Notes: generated by a model from the sequence alone, not told the origin. 64,000 bases of DNA from Candidatus Latescibacterota bacterium (GCA_965198115.1 OZ240241.1:96001-160000); one strand, 5' to 3'. Shown: positions 1 to 11,693, numbered from the stretch's first letter. Made by a program: numbers and translations.

Positions 1-1182
1 GTCGGGGCCTCCGCCCATTCCTTCGTTTCCACGGCGTGGGCGGGGTCGATGCCCCGGACCTTCATCGCCTTGTTCGTGGAAGAACCGGAGGACCCTCCCA
101 ATCCTGGTCTTTTCGTCGTCGCTTGCCCGGGACAGATACTCCTTCGTCGTTTCGAGTGTTCGACGTATGCTCCTGAGCATTGTCAGTTCGGCCTGTATGT
201 GAGCTCGCTCGGATTTCTCCTCTGTTTGCAGCGTGCTCATGAAGGATTCTTGAAGTTCGGCCGGCAGTTCTTGGATGATCGTCGCGGGATCAGGACCGTC
301 TTCGTGCGGGCGTCCGTGCGGCCGATCCGATCCTGGTGGAGGCTCGAATCCCTGGCCCGGATGGCCAGGCCCGGGTGGATTTCCGAATCCACGTCCCGGC
401 TGTCCCTCGCCTGGCGGATTCTGGAATCCTTGTCCCGTTCCTCTGTCGCCCGGGGGATCCTGGAAACCACGCCCTGGTCGACCTTCTCCCTGGGGATTCT
501 GGGGTCCACCTCCAGTACGTCCCCGTCCCGGGGGGTTCTGGAATCCGCCCCCAGGCTGGCCCTGATCCGGTGGGTTTTGAAATCCCTGCCCGTGGCCCTG
601 CCCAGGTGGAGGTTGAAAGCCCTGGGGGGGAGGCTGGTGGTCGGGCGGGTTATGAAAGCCACTCTGGCCGTCGGACCCCGCTGGCGCTCCCTGAGCGTTG
701 ACCAAGCGCACGCGGGCGTCTGCCTCGAACTGCCGCGTGCCCTGCTGGGAACCGAAGGATCCTCGTACGACGCTGATCTCCGCATCGCCACTCAGACTAC
801 GCGCAGCTTCGAAGCGAAACTTGCCGAGCGACCCTGCGTCCTCCGTCAGGGTGCGGCCGCCCATGATGGCTGTGCTGACGACCACGCTTTCTGGAGTCGT
901 CCTCGGCGGCATAGAGAGGGCGCCCGTCATCATTCCACCTGCCTGAAAGCCTTTGAAAATCACTTGCTTGGGATCGAATGCGACTTCGATTTCGAATCCG
1001 ATCATCCCGGTAGCCCCTCCCGTTGCCAGGAGCTCGACTTCGACCATTTCACCCGGTTCAACCGTGCGTTCCCGGACCCCCTGATCCCCGGGTGATGCGT
1101 CCAGGTCGAGCAGAACCTGTCCGGCCGCAGTCGAGGCGCACATAGCGACTACGAGACCGGCGATAACGATTAGGCGATTCAT
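1..1182 (-). CDS. Secreted cohesin-like domain protein with Gly/Pro/Gln-rich 13-aa repeats (3' end runs off window; absent from ORF track)
   Basis: ATG at 1182 after GAGGAGG RBS. Manual translation is open to position 1: signal peptide MNRLIVIAGLVVAMCASTAAG, beta-rich domain (VLLDLDASPGDQG..GFEIEVAFDPKQV..GSLGKFRFEA), then GFQNPPG repeats and a helical segment. Confidence 0.8.
   Translation of the reverse strand, partial: MNRLIVIAGLVVAMCASTAAGQVLLDLDASPGDQGVRERTVEPGEMVEVELLATGGATGMIGFEIEVAFDPKQVIFKGFQAGGMMTGALSMPPRTTPESVVVSTAIMGGRTLTEDAGSLGKFRFEAARSLSGDAEISVVRGSFGSQQGTRQFEADARVRLVNAQGAPAGSDGQSGFHNPPDHQPPPQGFQPPPGQGHGQGFQNPPDQGQPGGGFQNPPGRGRTGGGPQNPQGEGRPGRGFQDPPGDRGTGQGFQNPPGEGQPGRGFGNPPGPGHPGQGFEPPPGSDRPHGRPHEDGPDPATIIQELPAELQESFMSTLQTEEKSERAHIQAELTMLRSIRRTLETTKEYLSRASDDEKTRIGRVLRFFHEQGDEGPGHRPRPRRGNEGMGGGPD
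325..662 (-). repeat. About 9 imperfect 36-39 bp coding tandem repeats (GFQNPPGxGxPGx)
   Basis: Translated units include GFQPPPGQGHGQ, GFQNPPDQGQPGG, GFQNPPGRGRTGG, GPQNPQGEGRPGR, GFQDPPGDRGTGQ, GFQNPPGEGQPGR, GFGNPPGPGHPGQ. Confidence 0.85.
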
Positions 1183-1272
1183 TTTATACCTCCTCGGCCG
1201 ACAAAGACGACTGCCGGCACAGAGTGGATAGAGCACCAAACCCGTTGAACTGTGTGGGCTCTACTGAAGGTC

Positions 1273-2544
1273 CTAAGTGCATGGGTTCATAAACATTATT
1301 ACGTATGTCCTGAACATTATTTGTAGCTTATGTTCTCCTTCAAAAGGAGGAGAACAATGCCAAGACGTTCGCCTTATGTGGTGCTACTGTCTGAGAAGGA
1401 ACGGGTCGACCTCGAGCGAATGGCTGGACAATATACGTTATCGTATTATCAAGTGATCCGATCGAAAATCGTGCTTCTCGCCGCCGAGGGATTATCCAAC
1501 AAGATTATCGCCCAACGCGGTTGGATGTCCCGCGTCCGATCGTAAGCAAATGGCGTAAGCGCTTTTTCGAAGAGCGTCTTTCGGGACTCGAAGATAGATC
1601 TCGTCCCGGGCGCCCGCCCGGTTTTCCCCCCTCAGGTGGTCGTTCAGATCAAGGCGCTGGCGTGTGAACTACCGAGCGAGAGCGGGATACCGCTCTCGCG
1701 GTTCAGCTGTTCCGAGATTGCCGCCGAGGCAGTGCAAAGGGGCTTCGTTGCCAAGATCAGCGGCGCCACTGTCTGGCGCTGGTTGAACGAGGACGCGATT
1801 CGTCCTTGGTATCATCGTTCCTGGATTTTCCCACGGGACCCGGACTTCCAAACCAAAGCAGGTAGAGTCCTTGATCTGTATCACCGCCAATGGCAAGGAA
1901 AGCCTTTAGGGCCGAGGGAATATGTACTTTCTGCCGACGAAAAGACCAGTATTCAAGCACGAGCTCGCAAGCACGTTACCCTACCGCCAGCCTCGAACAG
2001 AGCGGCACGCGTTGAAACACGAATACGAGCGGAAAGGAGCCCTGGCCTATCTGGCTGCTCTCGACGTGCACAATGGTCGAATCTTCGGTCTCTGTGAGTC
2101 TTCTTCGGGTATCGAGCCCTTCAACCGGCTCCTGAGCCTGATCATGAGCCGGAAACCCTATTGCTCGGCAAAGAAAGTCTACCTCATCGTGGATAATGGC
2201 TCCTCGCACCGAGGGCAAACATGCATCGACCGTATCCGGGGGAAGTGGCCAAACATCCACCCCGTTCACCTTCCGATCCACGCAAGCTGGCTCAATCAGA
2301 TCGAGATCTACTTCTCGATCCTCAAACGCAAGGCTCTGACACCTATCGAATTTGCATCGCTCGAAGAGCTTGAGGCAAGAATCCTCGGTTTTCAGGAACG
2401 CTACGGACGTATCGCCACACCCTTCAAATGGAAGTTCACACGAACAGATCTCGCGGAGATGATCGACAAACTCAGGTTCTACGATACGCCCTTGGCAAAG
2501 TCTGCTTAGAATACGTCACCGTATTTGAGAACAGGAGTACTAAG
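1273..2544 (+). mobile_element. IS630-family element, copy 1 (transposase split over ORFs 1330-1545/1636-2097/1922-2509)
   Basis: HTH plus DDE motifs (SADEKTSIQ, IVDNGSSH, ASWLNQIEIYF); CTAAG at both ends; near-identical to 22119-23388; extra 2-bp insertion near 1517. Confidence 0.92.
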
Positions 2545-2679
2545 TATACCGATGGATGTGGTCTCCGCACAGTGATAATCGTCACCGCGCCGCAGTGATG
2601 TCCGTCACCGAATGGGCGAAAAATCGTGAAAAAACAAAAAAAGGCACACGTGGCGAGCACGTGCACCCTTCGAAAGAGG

Positions 2680-2755
<76 letters not shown>

Positions 2756-3046
2756 CCCGTCTCCTTCGATCGCGTCGGCAGGACCTCCGCGACAAGGGCA
2801 GAAAATAAAGAAATCCAGTTCGAGGGTCAAGCTCACGGCACTGGAGGCAAAGGGTGTACCTCGCCCTATGGGCCTACCGAATCGCCAGCTCCAGCCGCTT
2901 CCGGTGGCTGAATCCTGTCACTACGTGGCTGATATTTTACCAGTCAGCGGGGAGTGGTGCTTGTGGTTTGACGGGCCGGGTGGAGTCCGGTATTTTCCCG
3001 CGCCTTTCCCTGCAAATCATACTCCCATTTACTGTTAGACGAATCG

Positions 3047-3990
3047 ATGAGTGCTCAGCCCGAGTTCGCCGGGGCCCAATCCGATCGAACGGTGGTCCCA
3101 TCTGAGGACGAGATCGGGTCTCTGTCCCTCCGGTTCGTACTCCTCGGATTGGCTCTGGTCCTCGTGCTGGATGCCGTGGCGATCCACGTGCGGTACGTGT
3201 ATCGCGGGTCTCTGATGACCTATAGCCACGTGCCCATGGCGATGCTCATGGTGTTGATCCGTCGGGTCAACAGGTGCGGCTGTTCGGGAAAATTCACCTG
3301 CTTCTCGATATCGACGCCCAGGTCCTCGTATCGATCGAGTGCGTTTCGATCGTGATGGTTCCGGGCGGGTATCGGGCCATTTCGCCCTACTACTACCTCA
3401 GCGACGTGTCGCCCAGAGAACTGTAGACACCGGGCAACGAGGAAGGACAATGAGGCGTGCCCAACTTGGGTGGAGAACGAGAACCAAACAGTTCGGCATC
3501 GCGAAGCTCTTTCCCTACGATCGGCGAGGTCACGCACCCTTCTCGTGATGCCGTGTGCGGTCCTCGTTCCGGCCGAGCGGCAACTGATCTACGAGTTCGA
3601 AGTGGACAAGGTGGCCTCGTTCGACGGATCGTTCTTGCAATCCTCCGATGACCGGCCCATACTATTCGACGCGCTGAAACCCAAGATCATAGGGGTGGGG
3701 TTCGTCGTGGGGATCACGATTTTCGTGGTTCCGTCGATCTTCGGACTGCCCATCCTTCTGGTCTTCGGCTACATTCAAAGTCTGACACAGATCCCGCACG
3801 TTCTGGTGACACAGATCGTCGGCGCGTTACTCGCTCGTTTCTACTTCTGGAAGAAGTACGGCCGCCAACAGTGGCGACTTTATGCGGCGGTCCTCGTGGT
3901 CGGCTCCTCCGTGGGAATGGCACTCGTGGGAATGGCCCCGGTGTCGGTCGCGATGATCCAGAAGTCCGTTTCCGTCCTGCTCTTCTATTC
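3047..3990 (+). pseudogene. Mosaic of fragments of OPT/DUF6785-like multi-TM peptide transporter genes
   Basis: Hydrophobic N-terminal fragment (SLRFVLLGLALVLVLD) and C-terminal fragment (FWKKYGRQQWRLYAAVLVVG) in different frames with abrupt junctions. Confidence 0.45.
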
Positions 3991-3999
3991 CTTCGGCCC

Positions 4000-4689
4000 A
4001 TGTCCAACACTCCCGAATTCGAATTCCTTCGACAGGTGTCGCTGTTCGATTGTCTGACCGACGACGAGGTCGAGGGATTGGCCGACGTGGCTGGCAGTCA
4101 GAACTTCAGCAAGAACGCGCTGGTCATTCTGGCCGAAGACGAAGGAGACGCCTTCTTCCTGATTAAGAAGGGTCGTGTTAAAGTGAGTGTGACCGGCCGA
4201 GACGGACGGGAGATCATTCTGTCTCTTCTGGACGCCGGAGAATATTTCGGCGAGTTCTCTCTGTTGGACGGTCGTCCACGCTCCGCGGATGTGACGACCC
4301 TGGACCCCTCCGAACTACTCGTCGTTCGCCGGCAAGACTTCCTCACCGTCATCCAGCAGCATTCGGCCATTCCCATCAACCTGATGATCACGCTCGCAGG
4401 ACGTCTGAGGAACTCCGACAGACAGGTTGCCGGGCTCGCGCTGCTGGGCATTTCCGAACGTATCTGCTGTGTGTTGCTGTCGATCGCCGAAGAACAGGGC
4501 GTGGAAACGGACGAGGGGATCGTTATCAAACAGCGCCCGACACACCAGGTGCTGGCAGCCATGTCCGGTACGGCCCGCGAAACGATCACCCGCGTGATGC
4601 GTCGTTTGGCGGACGAAGGTTACATTCGGTCGAAGGGACGCGAATTGATCATCCTCAAACAGGCGGAGGACGATGCAGAATCTCTCTGA
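4000..4689 (+). CDS. Crp/Fnr family transcriptional regulator
   Basis: cNMP-binding domain (GEYFGEFSLLDGRPRSADV) plus HTH (THQVLAAMSGTARETITR); ATG at 4000. Confidence 0.92.
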   Translation: MSNTPEFEFLRQVSLFDCLTDDEVEGLADVAGSQNFSKNALVILAEDEGDAFFLIKKGRVKVSVTGRDGREIILSLLDAGEYFGEFSLLDGRPRSADVTTLDPSELLVVRRQDFLTVIQQHSAIPINLMITLAGRLRNSDRQVAGLALLGISERICCVLLSIAEEQGVETDEGIVIKQRPTHQVLAAMSGTARETITRVMRRLADEGYIRSKGRELIILKQAEDDAESL

Positions 4690-5128
4690 CGCATTGATCC
4701 GTATTCCGTTGTTCAAGGACATCACCCCGACCGAGTGCAAGCCTTTGCTGAGCCTGTGCAAGCCGGCGGCCTATGAGGCCGGGACGAAGATCTATGAAGC
4801 CGGCTCACCCGGTACGGAGATGCTCATTCTCCTCAAAGGGTCGGTTCAGGTGGTTCTGCCCGAAGGCACCCAGGTGGCGACCGTTTCGGCGATCGACACG
4901 GTGGGAGAGATGGAGATCGTTTCCGCCCTTCAGAGAACGGCCGACATCGTGGCGGCCGAAGACGTGTCGGGTATGACGATCGGCAAGGGCGTTTTGGAGG
5001 GGCTCTTTCAAAACGAGCCCTACCTGGGGATCAGTCTGCTGAGGAACATCGTCGAGAACATCGCCCATAAGTTGAGTGAGACGGATAAAGAGCTGGCCGC
5101 TCGGATCAGTCACGAGGGCAGAGGGTAG
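4673..5128 (+). CDS. Cyclic nucleotide-binding domain protein
   Basis: IPLFKDIT..VGEMEIVSALQRTADIVA cNMP fold; overlaps the upstream gene. Confidence 0.85.
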   Translation: MQNLSDALIRIPLFKDITPTECKPLLSLCKPAAYEAGTKIYEAGSPGTEMLILLKGSVQVVLPEGTQVATVSAIDTVGEMEIVSALQRTADIVAAEDVSGMTIGKGVLEGLFQNEPYLGISLLRNIVENIAHKLSETDKELAARISHEGRG

Positions 5129-5130
5129 CG

Positions 5131-6129
5131 GTGACGGATGAACGTTTTCTGATTACGGGGGCACTCGGGTGCATCGGTGCCTGGGCGGTCCGAAATCTCG
5201 TGCGCGAGGGCGCGGGCGTGACGGTTTTCGACTTGGATTCCGAACCGCGTCGGTTAAGGCTACTTCTGACGGACGAGGAGTTGGCGCAAGTCGGGTTCGT
5301 GGCCGGCGATATCACCGACCTCGCCAGTTTTGAGCGTGCCCTTGATGATCACGAGATTACTCACGTCATCCACCTCGCGGGGTTGCAGGTCCCGTTCTGC
5401 AAGGCCGATCCTCCACTCGGGGCGCGTGTGAACGTCGTGGGCACTGCCAACGTGTTCGAGGCCGTGAAGCGACGTAAGGATCGCATTTCTCGCGTGACCT
5501 ACGCCAGTTCGATCGCCGTATTCGGCGCGCCCGAGGACTATGAGCCGGGCAAAGCGTTGACGGAGGACGACCGCCCGATTCCGCATACGCACTACGGCGT
5601 CTACAAACAGGCCAACGAGGGAACGGCTCACGTCTACTGGGCCGATGACGGTCTTCCCTCTGTGGGACTCCGGCCCTACGTCGTGTATGGAGTTGCCAGA
5701 GACCAGGGTCTGTCGTCGACACCGACGACGGCGATGCTGGCGGCGGCAGCCGAGTTGCCGTATCATATTTCCTATGGCGGCCGGACCGTGTTTCAATACG
5801 CTGAGGACACGGCGAATGCGTTCATTCAGAGTGCGCGCTCGTCGTATGAGGGTGCTGGAGCTTTCAATCTCAGCGGTCAGACGGTCCACATGCAGGAGCT
5901 CAAAGATGCCCTCGTTGAGGCCGTTCCCGATGCGGCCTCGTTGATTACGTTCGAGGACTTCCAGTTGCCCTTTCCGACAGAGATCGATGGGTCGGGCCTG
6001 GAGATCGCCGTGGGTCCGGTTACACACAAGCCGCTCGAAGAAGGTGTTGCGGAAACGGTTGAGATGTTCCGCGAGCTCCTCGAGTCTGGAAGGATCGATG
6101 CCCGTCAGTATGTGGAGGAACGATCTTAA
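5131..6129 (+). CDS. NAD-dependent epimerase/dehydratase
   Basis: ITGALGCIG Rossmann motif; YGVYK catalytic YxxxK. Confidence 0.9.
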   Translation: MTDERFLITGALGCIGAWAVRNLVREGAGVTVFDLDSEPRRLRLLLTDEELAQVGFVAGDITDLASFERALDDHEITHVIHLAGLQVPFCKADPPLGARVNVVGTANVFEAVKRRKDRISRVTYASSIAVFGAPEDYEPGKALTEDDRPIPHTHYGVYKQANEGTAHVYWADDGLPSVGLRPYVVYGVARDQGLSSTPTTAMLAAAAELPYHISYGGRTVFQYAEDTANAFIQSARSSYEGAGAFNLSGQTVHMQELKDALVEAVPDAASLITFEDFQLPFPTEIDGSGLEIAVGPVTHKPLEEGVAETVEMFRELLESGRIDARQYVEERS

Positions 6130-6206
6130 GTCGGGACGAGCCGCGCCTTGTTCGAGCCGATCCTCCCGGATCGGCTTCGCTTTTTTATTGCCTGGGGAGG
6201 GTCTTT

Positions 6207-7389
6207 TTGCCGGACTATGATCTGATTGTTCGGGGTGGACACGTCATCGATTCTGCGAGCGGTCACGATGGTGTCGCGGACGTGGGTGTAAGAACCGGGC
6301 GAATCGGAGCCGTGGGAGAGATCGAGGGCACGGCTGCTCGGGAAATCGATGCCACCGGACGTTACGTGATCCCCGGGTTGATCGATCTCCACACGCATCT
6401 GTTCAAGGATTTTTCGATGTTCGGCATCGACGTCGACGAGCTCAGTCCGAGAACGGGTGTGACGACTTCGGTCGACACAGGCACAGCTGGATGGATCAAC
6501 TACGCGGGTTTTCGAAAAGTGATCATGGAGCCTGCGGAAACGCGTGTCCTGGCGTATGTGAATCTATCGGGCGTGGGATTGCCGTGGCGAAGCGGAGAGG
6601 GTGTTCGAGGGATACGTGCAGCCTGGAGCGTGCGCCCAGGCGATTCGCGACTTCCCCGAGAACACGGTCGGCGTGAAGGTGCGGCTCTACCGCGGAGTGG
6701 GTGGCGACGCAGACCTGAGGGATCTGTTGCAGATCGCGATCGATGCCGCGCACCGGTGCGAGAAACCACTCATGGTCCATATCAGCGGGTCGGATGTGCC
6801 GGTCAGCGATCTTCTGGCGCCCTTGAGACCCGGCGATGTGATCACGCATTGCTTTCACGGTGGAGAGATCGCTTCGATTCTGGATGGCTCAGGCAAGGTG
6901 CGTCCAGAGGTGAGAGAAGCACGTGCCCGCGGCATCGTGTTCGATATCGGTCACGGTTTCGGCAGCTTCAGTTTCGATGTGGGCAGAGCGGCGATGGAGG
7001 ATGGCTTTCCGCCGGATACGATCAGCAGCGACATTCACACTCTGAACATCGACGGTCCGGTCTACGACCTTCCGACGACGGTCTCCAAGTTCCTCCATCT
7101 GGGAATGCCGCTGGGAGAAGCCGTGCAGCGGGTGACGTTGGAGCCGGCGCGGGCCCTCGGCGTGGACGACGAATTGGGCACACTGGGGGTTGGAGCAGTC
7201 GCCGACATTGCGGTGCTCGACCTGGAGGAGGGCGAATTCGAACTCGTCGATTCGAGTGAGGTGGCGGTGACGGGGAGTCAGAAGCTGCGGTGCGCGGCGA
7301 CGGTGAAGGATGGGATGGTTGTCTACGAGAACCTGATATCAGAGATCAGATCAGAGATACACGACATCGGAGAGAAACGGATACGATAG
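6207..7389 (+). pseudogene. Amidohydrolase/deacetylase (dihydroorotase-like), frameshifted near 6595
   Basis: PGLIDLHTH in ORF 6207; PLMVHI, ITHCFH and TISSDIH in ORF 6601 (different frame). Real lesion or sequencing indel. Confidence 0.8.
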
Positions 7390-7399
7390 GAGGCGGTCG

Positions 7400-8353
7400 A
7401 TGGCAGTCGATACGGCGAACGGGACGCTGGTGAACCCATTTGGTCTGTTGGATAACGATGGATACGAGTGGCTGAAGGGAAACCTTCACTCGCACACGAC
7501 GAATTCTGATGGAACCGTGGACCCACAGACACGGTTGGACGGGTATGCGGAGGCGGGCTACGATTATCTATGCCTGTCGGATCACCGCAGAATCACGTGG
7601 GTCGACTCGGTGGAGGCGCCCGAAGGATTCGTGCTCGTTCAAGGGGCGGAGCTGCATCCCGAGAATCCGTTCGGCGGTCAGCGACACCATTTCGTCTGTC
7701 TTGGACTGGATGAGGACATGGACGCCGATGTGATGCCGCCTCAGCTTGTCATCGATCGGGTGCGATCGCAGGGTGGACAGGTCTGGCTGGCCCATCCCCA
7801 CTGGAGTTCGGTGAATATCGCACGCGATACCCTGCCCCTTGAAGGCTTTTCGGGCATCGAGGTTTTCAACACCGTCTGCCGGTGCATGGGGCGGGGTGAA
7901 TCCTCGGTCCATTGGGATGATTGGATGGAACAGGAGCAGAAGCTGTATCCTATGCTGGCCAACGACGACCTGCACGGAGACCCAGAGAATCCGAAGGGTG
8001 GTCGGTACGACTGGTATCAGGGGTGGACGATGGCGTGCGTCAAGGAGCGCACCCCGGAGGCCGTCCTCGAAGCACTCTCGAGCGGCGCGAGCTACGGATC
8101 GACGGGCCCCGTCATCAAGGACATCACTTTGACAAAGTCCGGCGATGACGTCGAGGCAACGGTCAGGTGCTCGGAGGCCCAGCGGATTTTCGCCGTGTGC
8201 AACACGACCGGCGGCGAGTACCAGGAGCGGGGACGGACGTTCGAGGAGGCGACGTTCCCGGTGAAGAAGGGGGCGAAGTGGGTACGGTTCGAAGTGGTGG
8301 GGCCGGATGGGACGAAGGCGTGGTCGAATCCGTTCGATCTGACGGAACTTTAA
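7400..8353 (+). CDS. PHP-domain (CehA/McbA-like) metallohydrolase
   Basis: KGNLHSHTTNSDG, LSDH, AHPHWS, ANDDLH, AWSNP motifs. Confidence 0.85.
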   Translation: MAVDTANGTLVNPFGLLDNDGYEWLKGNLHSHTTNSDGTVDPQTRLDGYAEAGYDYLCLSDHRRITWVDSVEAPEGFVLVQGAELHPENPFGGQRHHFVCLGLDEDMDADVMPPQLVIDRVRSQGGQVWLAHPHWSSVNIARDTLPLEGFSGIEVFNTVCRCMGRGESSVHWDDWMEQEQKLYPMLANDDLHGDPENPKGGRYDWYQGWTMACVKERTPEAVLEALSSGASYGSTGPVIKDITLTKSGDDVEATVRCSEAQRIFAVCNTTGGEYQERGRTFEEATFPVKKGAKWVRFEVVGPDGTKAWSNPFDLTEL

Positions 8354-8460
8354 CCACGGAGACACGAAGAAAAGCCTTAGAGGACATTCAGAGACCGTGC
8401 CGATGAGCGATCATGGAATCATGATGAGAAATCACCGAATTGCGAACCACGAGGTGTTGT

Positions 8461-9522
8461 ATGCTGATCGTTGATGCGCATCTGGATCTGGCGATGAACG
8501 CGCTCAACTTGGACCGCGATCTGGATCTTCCTGTGATGGAGATTCGGGAACGTGAGCGAGACATGACGCAAAAGGGGCGGGGTCGAGGGACGGTGTCTTT
8601 TCCCGAAATGCGCAAGGGAGAGGTCGGTCTGTCCGTAGCGACCGTCATCAAGCGGACGGCGTGGCAGGGGAGCCCGGCGAGCGGAGCGGCGAGTCAGGAA
8701 ATTTCTTACGCCGCAGCCCAGGGCCAGCTGGCCTACTATCGCGTGCTCGAGTCGCAGGGAAAAGTAAGACTGATCGATAACGTGGCGGCGCTGGACGCGC
8801 ATCTGACCTCGTGGAATCAGGATTCGGGCGCCGCACCGCTGGGGATGATCCTGAGTATGGAGGGTGCAGACCCGATCGCGTGGCCGGAGCAAGCCGCATC
8901 GTGGTGGGACGATGGCTTGAGAATCGTCAGCCTGTCCCATTACGGGTTCAGTGCCTACGCTTACGGGACCGATACGGAGGGCGGCGTCACCGAGAAGGGC
9001 GAAGCGCTGCTCGGAGAGATGTCCAGGCTGGGAATGGTGTTGGATACGACGCATCTGGCCGATCAGGCTTTTTGGGAGGCGATGGACCTGTTCGACGGCC
9101 GGGTCATGGCCAGCCACCAGAACAGCAGGACGCTCGTGCCGGGTGTTCGTCAGTTCACGGACGATCAGCTCAAGGCTGTGATTGAGCGGGATGGCGTGAT
9201 CGGCGCCGCGCTGGACGCGTGGATGCTGTATCCGGATTGGATCAAGGGTGAGACACGGCCCGAGGTCGTGGGTCTCGATGCCGTCGCGAACCACATCGAC
9301 CACGTCTGTCAGCTGGCCGGGAACCGAAGACACGCTGCGATCGGTAGCGATCTGGACGGGGGCTACGGGACGGAACAGACTCCGCACGATTGCAACACGA
9401 TCGCGGACCTTCAGCACATTGCTCCCCTCCTGGCCAAGAAGGGATACAGCGACGAGGATGTTGCAGCGGTGATGCACGGGAATTGGATTAGGTTTTTTCG
9501 AGAAGTGTTGCCGGCCAGCTGA
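8461..9522 (+). CDS. Membrane dipeptidase (peptidase M19)
   Basis: IVDAHLDLA, SMEGAD, ASHQN, IGSDLDGG, MHGNW motifs. Confidence 0.9.
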   Translation: MLIVDAHLDLAMNALNLDRDLDLPVMEIRERERDMTQKGRGRGTVSFPEMRKGEVGLSVATVIKRTAWQGSPASGAASQEISYAAAQGQLAYYRVLESQGKVRLIDNVAALDAHLTSWNQDSGAAPLGMILSMEGADPIAWPEQAASWWDDGLRIVSLSHYGFSAYAYGTDTEGGVTEKGEALLGEMSRLGMVLDTTHLADQAFWEAMDLFDGRVMASHQNSRTLVPGVRQFTDDQLKAVIERDGVIGAALDAWMLYPDWIKGETRPEVVGLDAVANHIDHVCQLAGNRRHAAIGSDLDGGYGTEQTPHDCNTIADLQHIAPLLAKKGYSDEDVAAVMHGNWIRFFREVLPAS

Positions 9523-9609
9523 ACCACCAAGACGCTAGTTAGAAGTTTAAAGGAGGTTGAAGCGGAGATAAGTGTTCGGGTAGACACCCGAACAATAACC
9601 TGAGGTTCT

Positions 9610-10110
9610 CACTGGCGCTCGGCCAGTTCCAGCTTGTAGGCCACGGTGTCGACAGCGATGATCTTTCCGGCCGAAGCAAGGACGCCGCCCTGGATGACGT
9701 TCAGCCCGACGCCGCCGCACCCGAAGACCGCCATGGTTGCACCCTGCTCAACCCTCGCGCGATTGACCACGGCCCCGATCCCGGTGATGACCCCGCAGCT
9801 GATGAGACAGGCCTTCTCCAGCTGCGTGTCGTCCGGGACCTTGACGCACGCGTCTGCGAGGACGATGGACTGCTCGGCGAACGTGGGTCTTTGCGTGATA
9901 GACCGGCTCTCCGGCCTTCCTCATGCGGGACAGGGGATCCCGGGGATGGGTCTCGCACAGGGCCGGCTTCCCGCTGCTGCAGTTCCGACAACGACCGCAC
10001 ATGGCGTCGAGCGAGAGGATGATCTTGTCGCCTGCGGCGACGCCCCTGCCCCCCGGACCGGCCTCTCGGACCACGCCGGCCCCTTCGTGTCCCATGACCC
10101 AAAGGATTTT
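9610..10110 (-). pseudogene. Zn-dependent alcohol dehydrogenase fragment
   Basis: GHEGAGVV, CGRCRNC, and in another frame LISCGVITGIGAV / FGCGGVGLNVIQG; truncated at both ends and frameshifted. Confidence 0.8.
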
Positions 10111-10153
10111 CTTTCGCCTTAAGATCAATTTGTATACTATTCGTTTGAAAAAT

Positions 10154-11573
10154 GGCTATATCTGGATCTCTCAACGAGATGAAGTGGGTGAAGGTGCCGT
10201 GGTTCCTGGCATGGGGGCGCGGTTAGCGTGTGCGGAACCTCTTCGGAATCTGCTCAGGGATGTTTATGTCTCCGACGGTAAGGAAGATCATATCGTTGAA
10301 TGCGTCGAGTGTGCGGAATCCGCTGGCTCGGTTCTTGACGATTTGGACGATTCGGTTGAGGCCTTCGGCGATGGCGTTGGTAAGACGCGTGTTCACGAAT
10401 GCGAGGACGCCGAAGAAGTGCTGTCGCAGGGTCCTGACGAACTTTCGCAGGGGTTCACGTCGACTTCTGAGTGCGGACGTCGTCCAGCATTTCAGGAAGC
10501 GTTCGGCAGCCCAGGGCGCTTTGTATTCCCAGAACTGCTCGAACTCGTCCTTGAGTCTCCAGGCTCTATAGATTCGGTAGTTCGCCTTCTCCAGTGCTTT
10601 GAGTGTCCGAGTATCCCCTCTGGAGCGTGTCGCTGAGTGCCGGTAGAGGAGCCATCGGAGGCCCTTCATGGCTTTGCGCTCATCCGGGGCAGCTTTACGC
10701 CACTGGTCCTTACGGACCTCGTCAACGGCGGCATTGAGAGCCTTGACGATGTGAAAGCGATCGAGGACCAGCTTGGCATTCGGACAGTGTTCCTGGATGG
10801 CTCCGATGTAAGCTTCGCTCATGTCGCAGCAGGCCCACTCGATCTTGGATCTCTGGTAGGGACTGAGAGCCTCTGTGAAGAACCGATCGATCGTTTTACG
10901 CGCCCTGCCGCGGCCAACCCACACCACGCAGGAGCGGTCCAGATCGTAAACGAGCGTGGCGTACCTGTGACGCTTGGCGTAGGAGATCTCGTCGATCCCG
11001 ATGGTTTTGAGCCCTCGGATACGATGACCTTCACGAAGCCGCGTGATGGATCGGTGAAGGAGATCCGACAGCGTCGAGGCAGAGATGCGCAGCAACTCGG
11101 ACGCCGCCTTCTGCGTCATGGTCTGGCAGTAGCGCAGCATGGCATACTCGAAGCGATACGTCACCCGAGAGAACCGCTCCGCCCACGGAATCTCCTCGAC
11201 CACACGACCGTGGGTAGGACACCGAATCTCCCGAGGATGGTAGAGAAGCCAGACCCTCCACCCGCACACCGGAATGTCACGCCACCGACGCGGATGGGGC
11301 ATTGTGCGGACGATTTTACCTCGACGGCCGCACTCCGGACAACAACAACCATTCTTATGTGGCTTTACGGCGATGACGAAACAGCTTCTCCCCTCAAACC
11401 ACCAGCTGACAACACGGAACCCCTTGAATCTCAGCAGTTTCGATAGTAATCTGCTCCCGGTCATAGGTCGCACCCCCTTCGCTTTGATTGTCCTACACAC
11501 ACAACCAAGCGTAGGGAACGATCTATGACCTTGTCATTCTATAGTTTCACCGTTGAGAAACCCGGATAGAGCC
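10154..11573 (-). mobile_element. ISL3-family element (transposase 10223-11500)
   Basis: IRs GGCTATATCTGGATCTCTCAACG / GGCTCTATCCGGGTTTCTCAACG; 8-bp TSD TGAAAAAT (10146-10153, 11574-11581); zinc finger, IGIDE and DRFHIV motifs. Confidence 0.96.
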
Positions 11574-11693
11574 TGAAAAATAGACGACAGTTGTCAAGGC
11601 CATGCGGCGGCATTTGCTTGCGATGTCTTGAGGCGCCGGCACGTGGCTCAGCCCCAAACCGCCCTACCACCCGCCAACCAGGAGTGACTGACA

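Noticed and set aside
325-662. Possible CRISPR array
   Set aside because: Units are contiguous, in frame and degenerate, with no unique spacers and no cas genes.
49-1095. 348-aa + strand ORF
   Set aside because: Antisense shadow of the - strand cohesin-like gene, which has an RBS, signal peptide and coherent domains.
9572-9594. Perfect hairpin TGTTCGGGT-AGAC-ACCCGAACA
   Set aside because: Single copy between convergent genes; likely a terminator-like stem, with no evidence of a repeat family.
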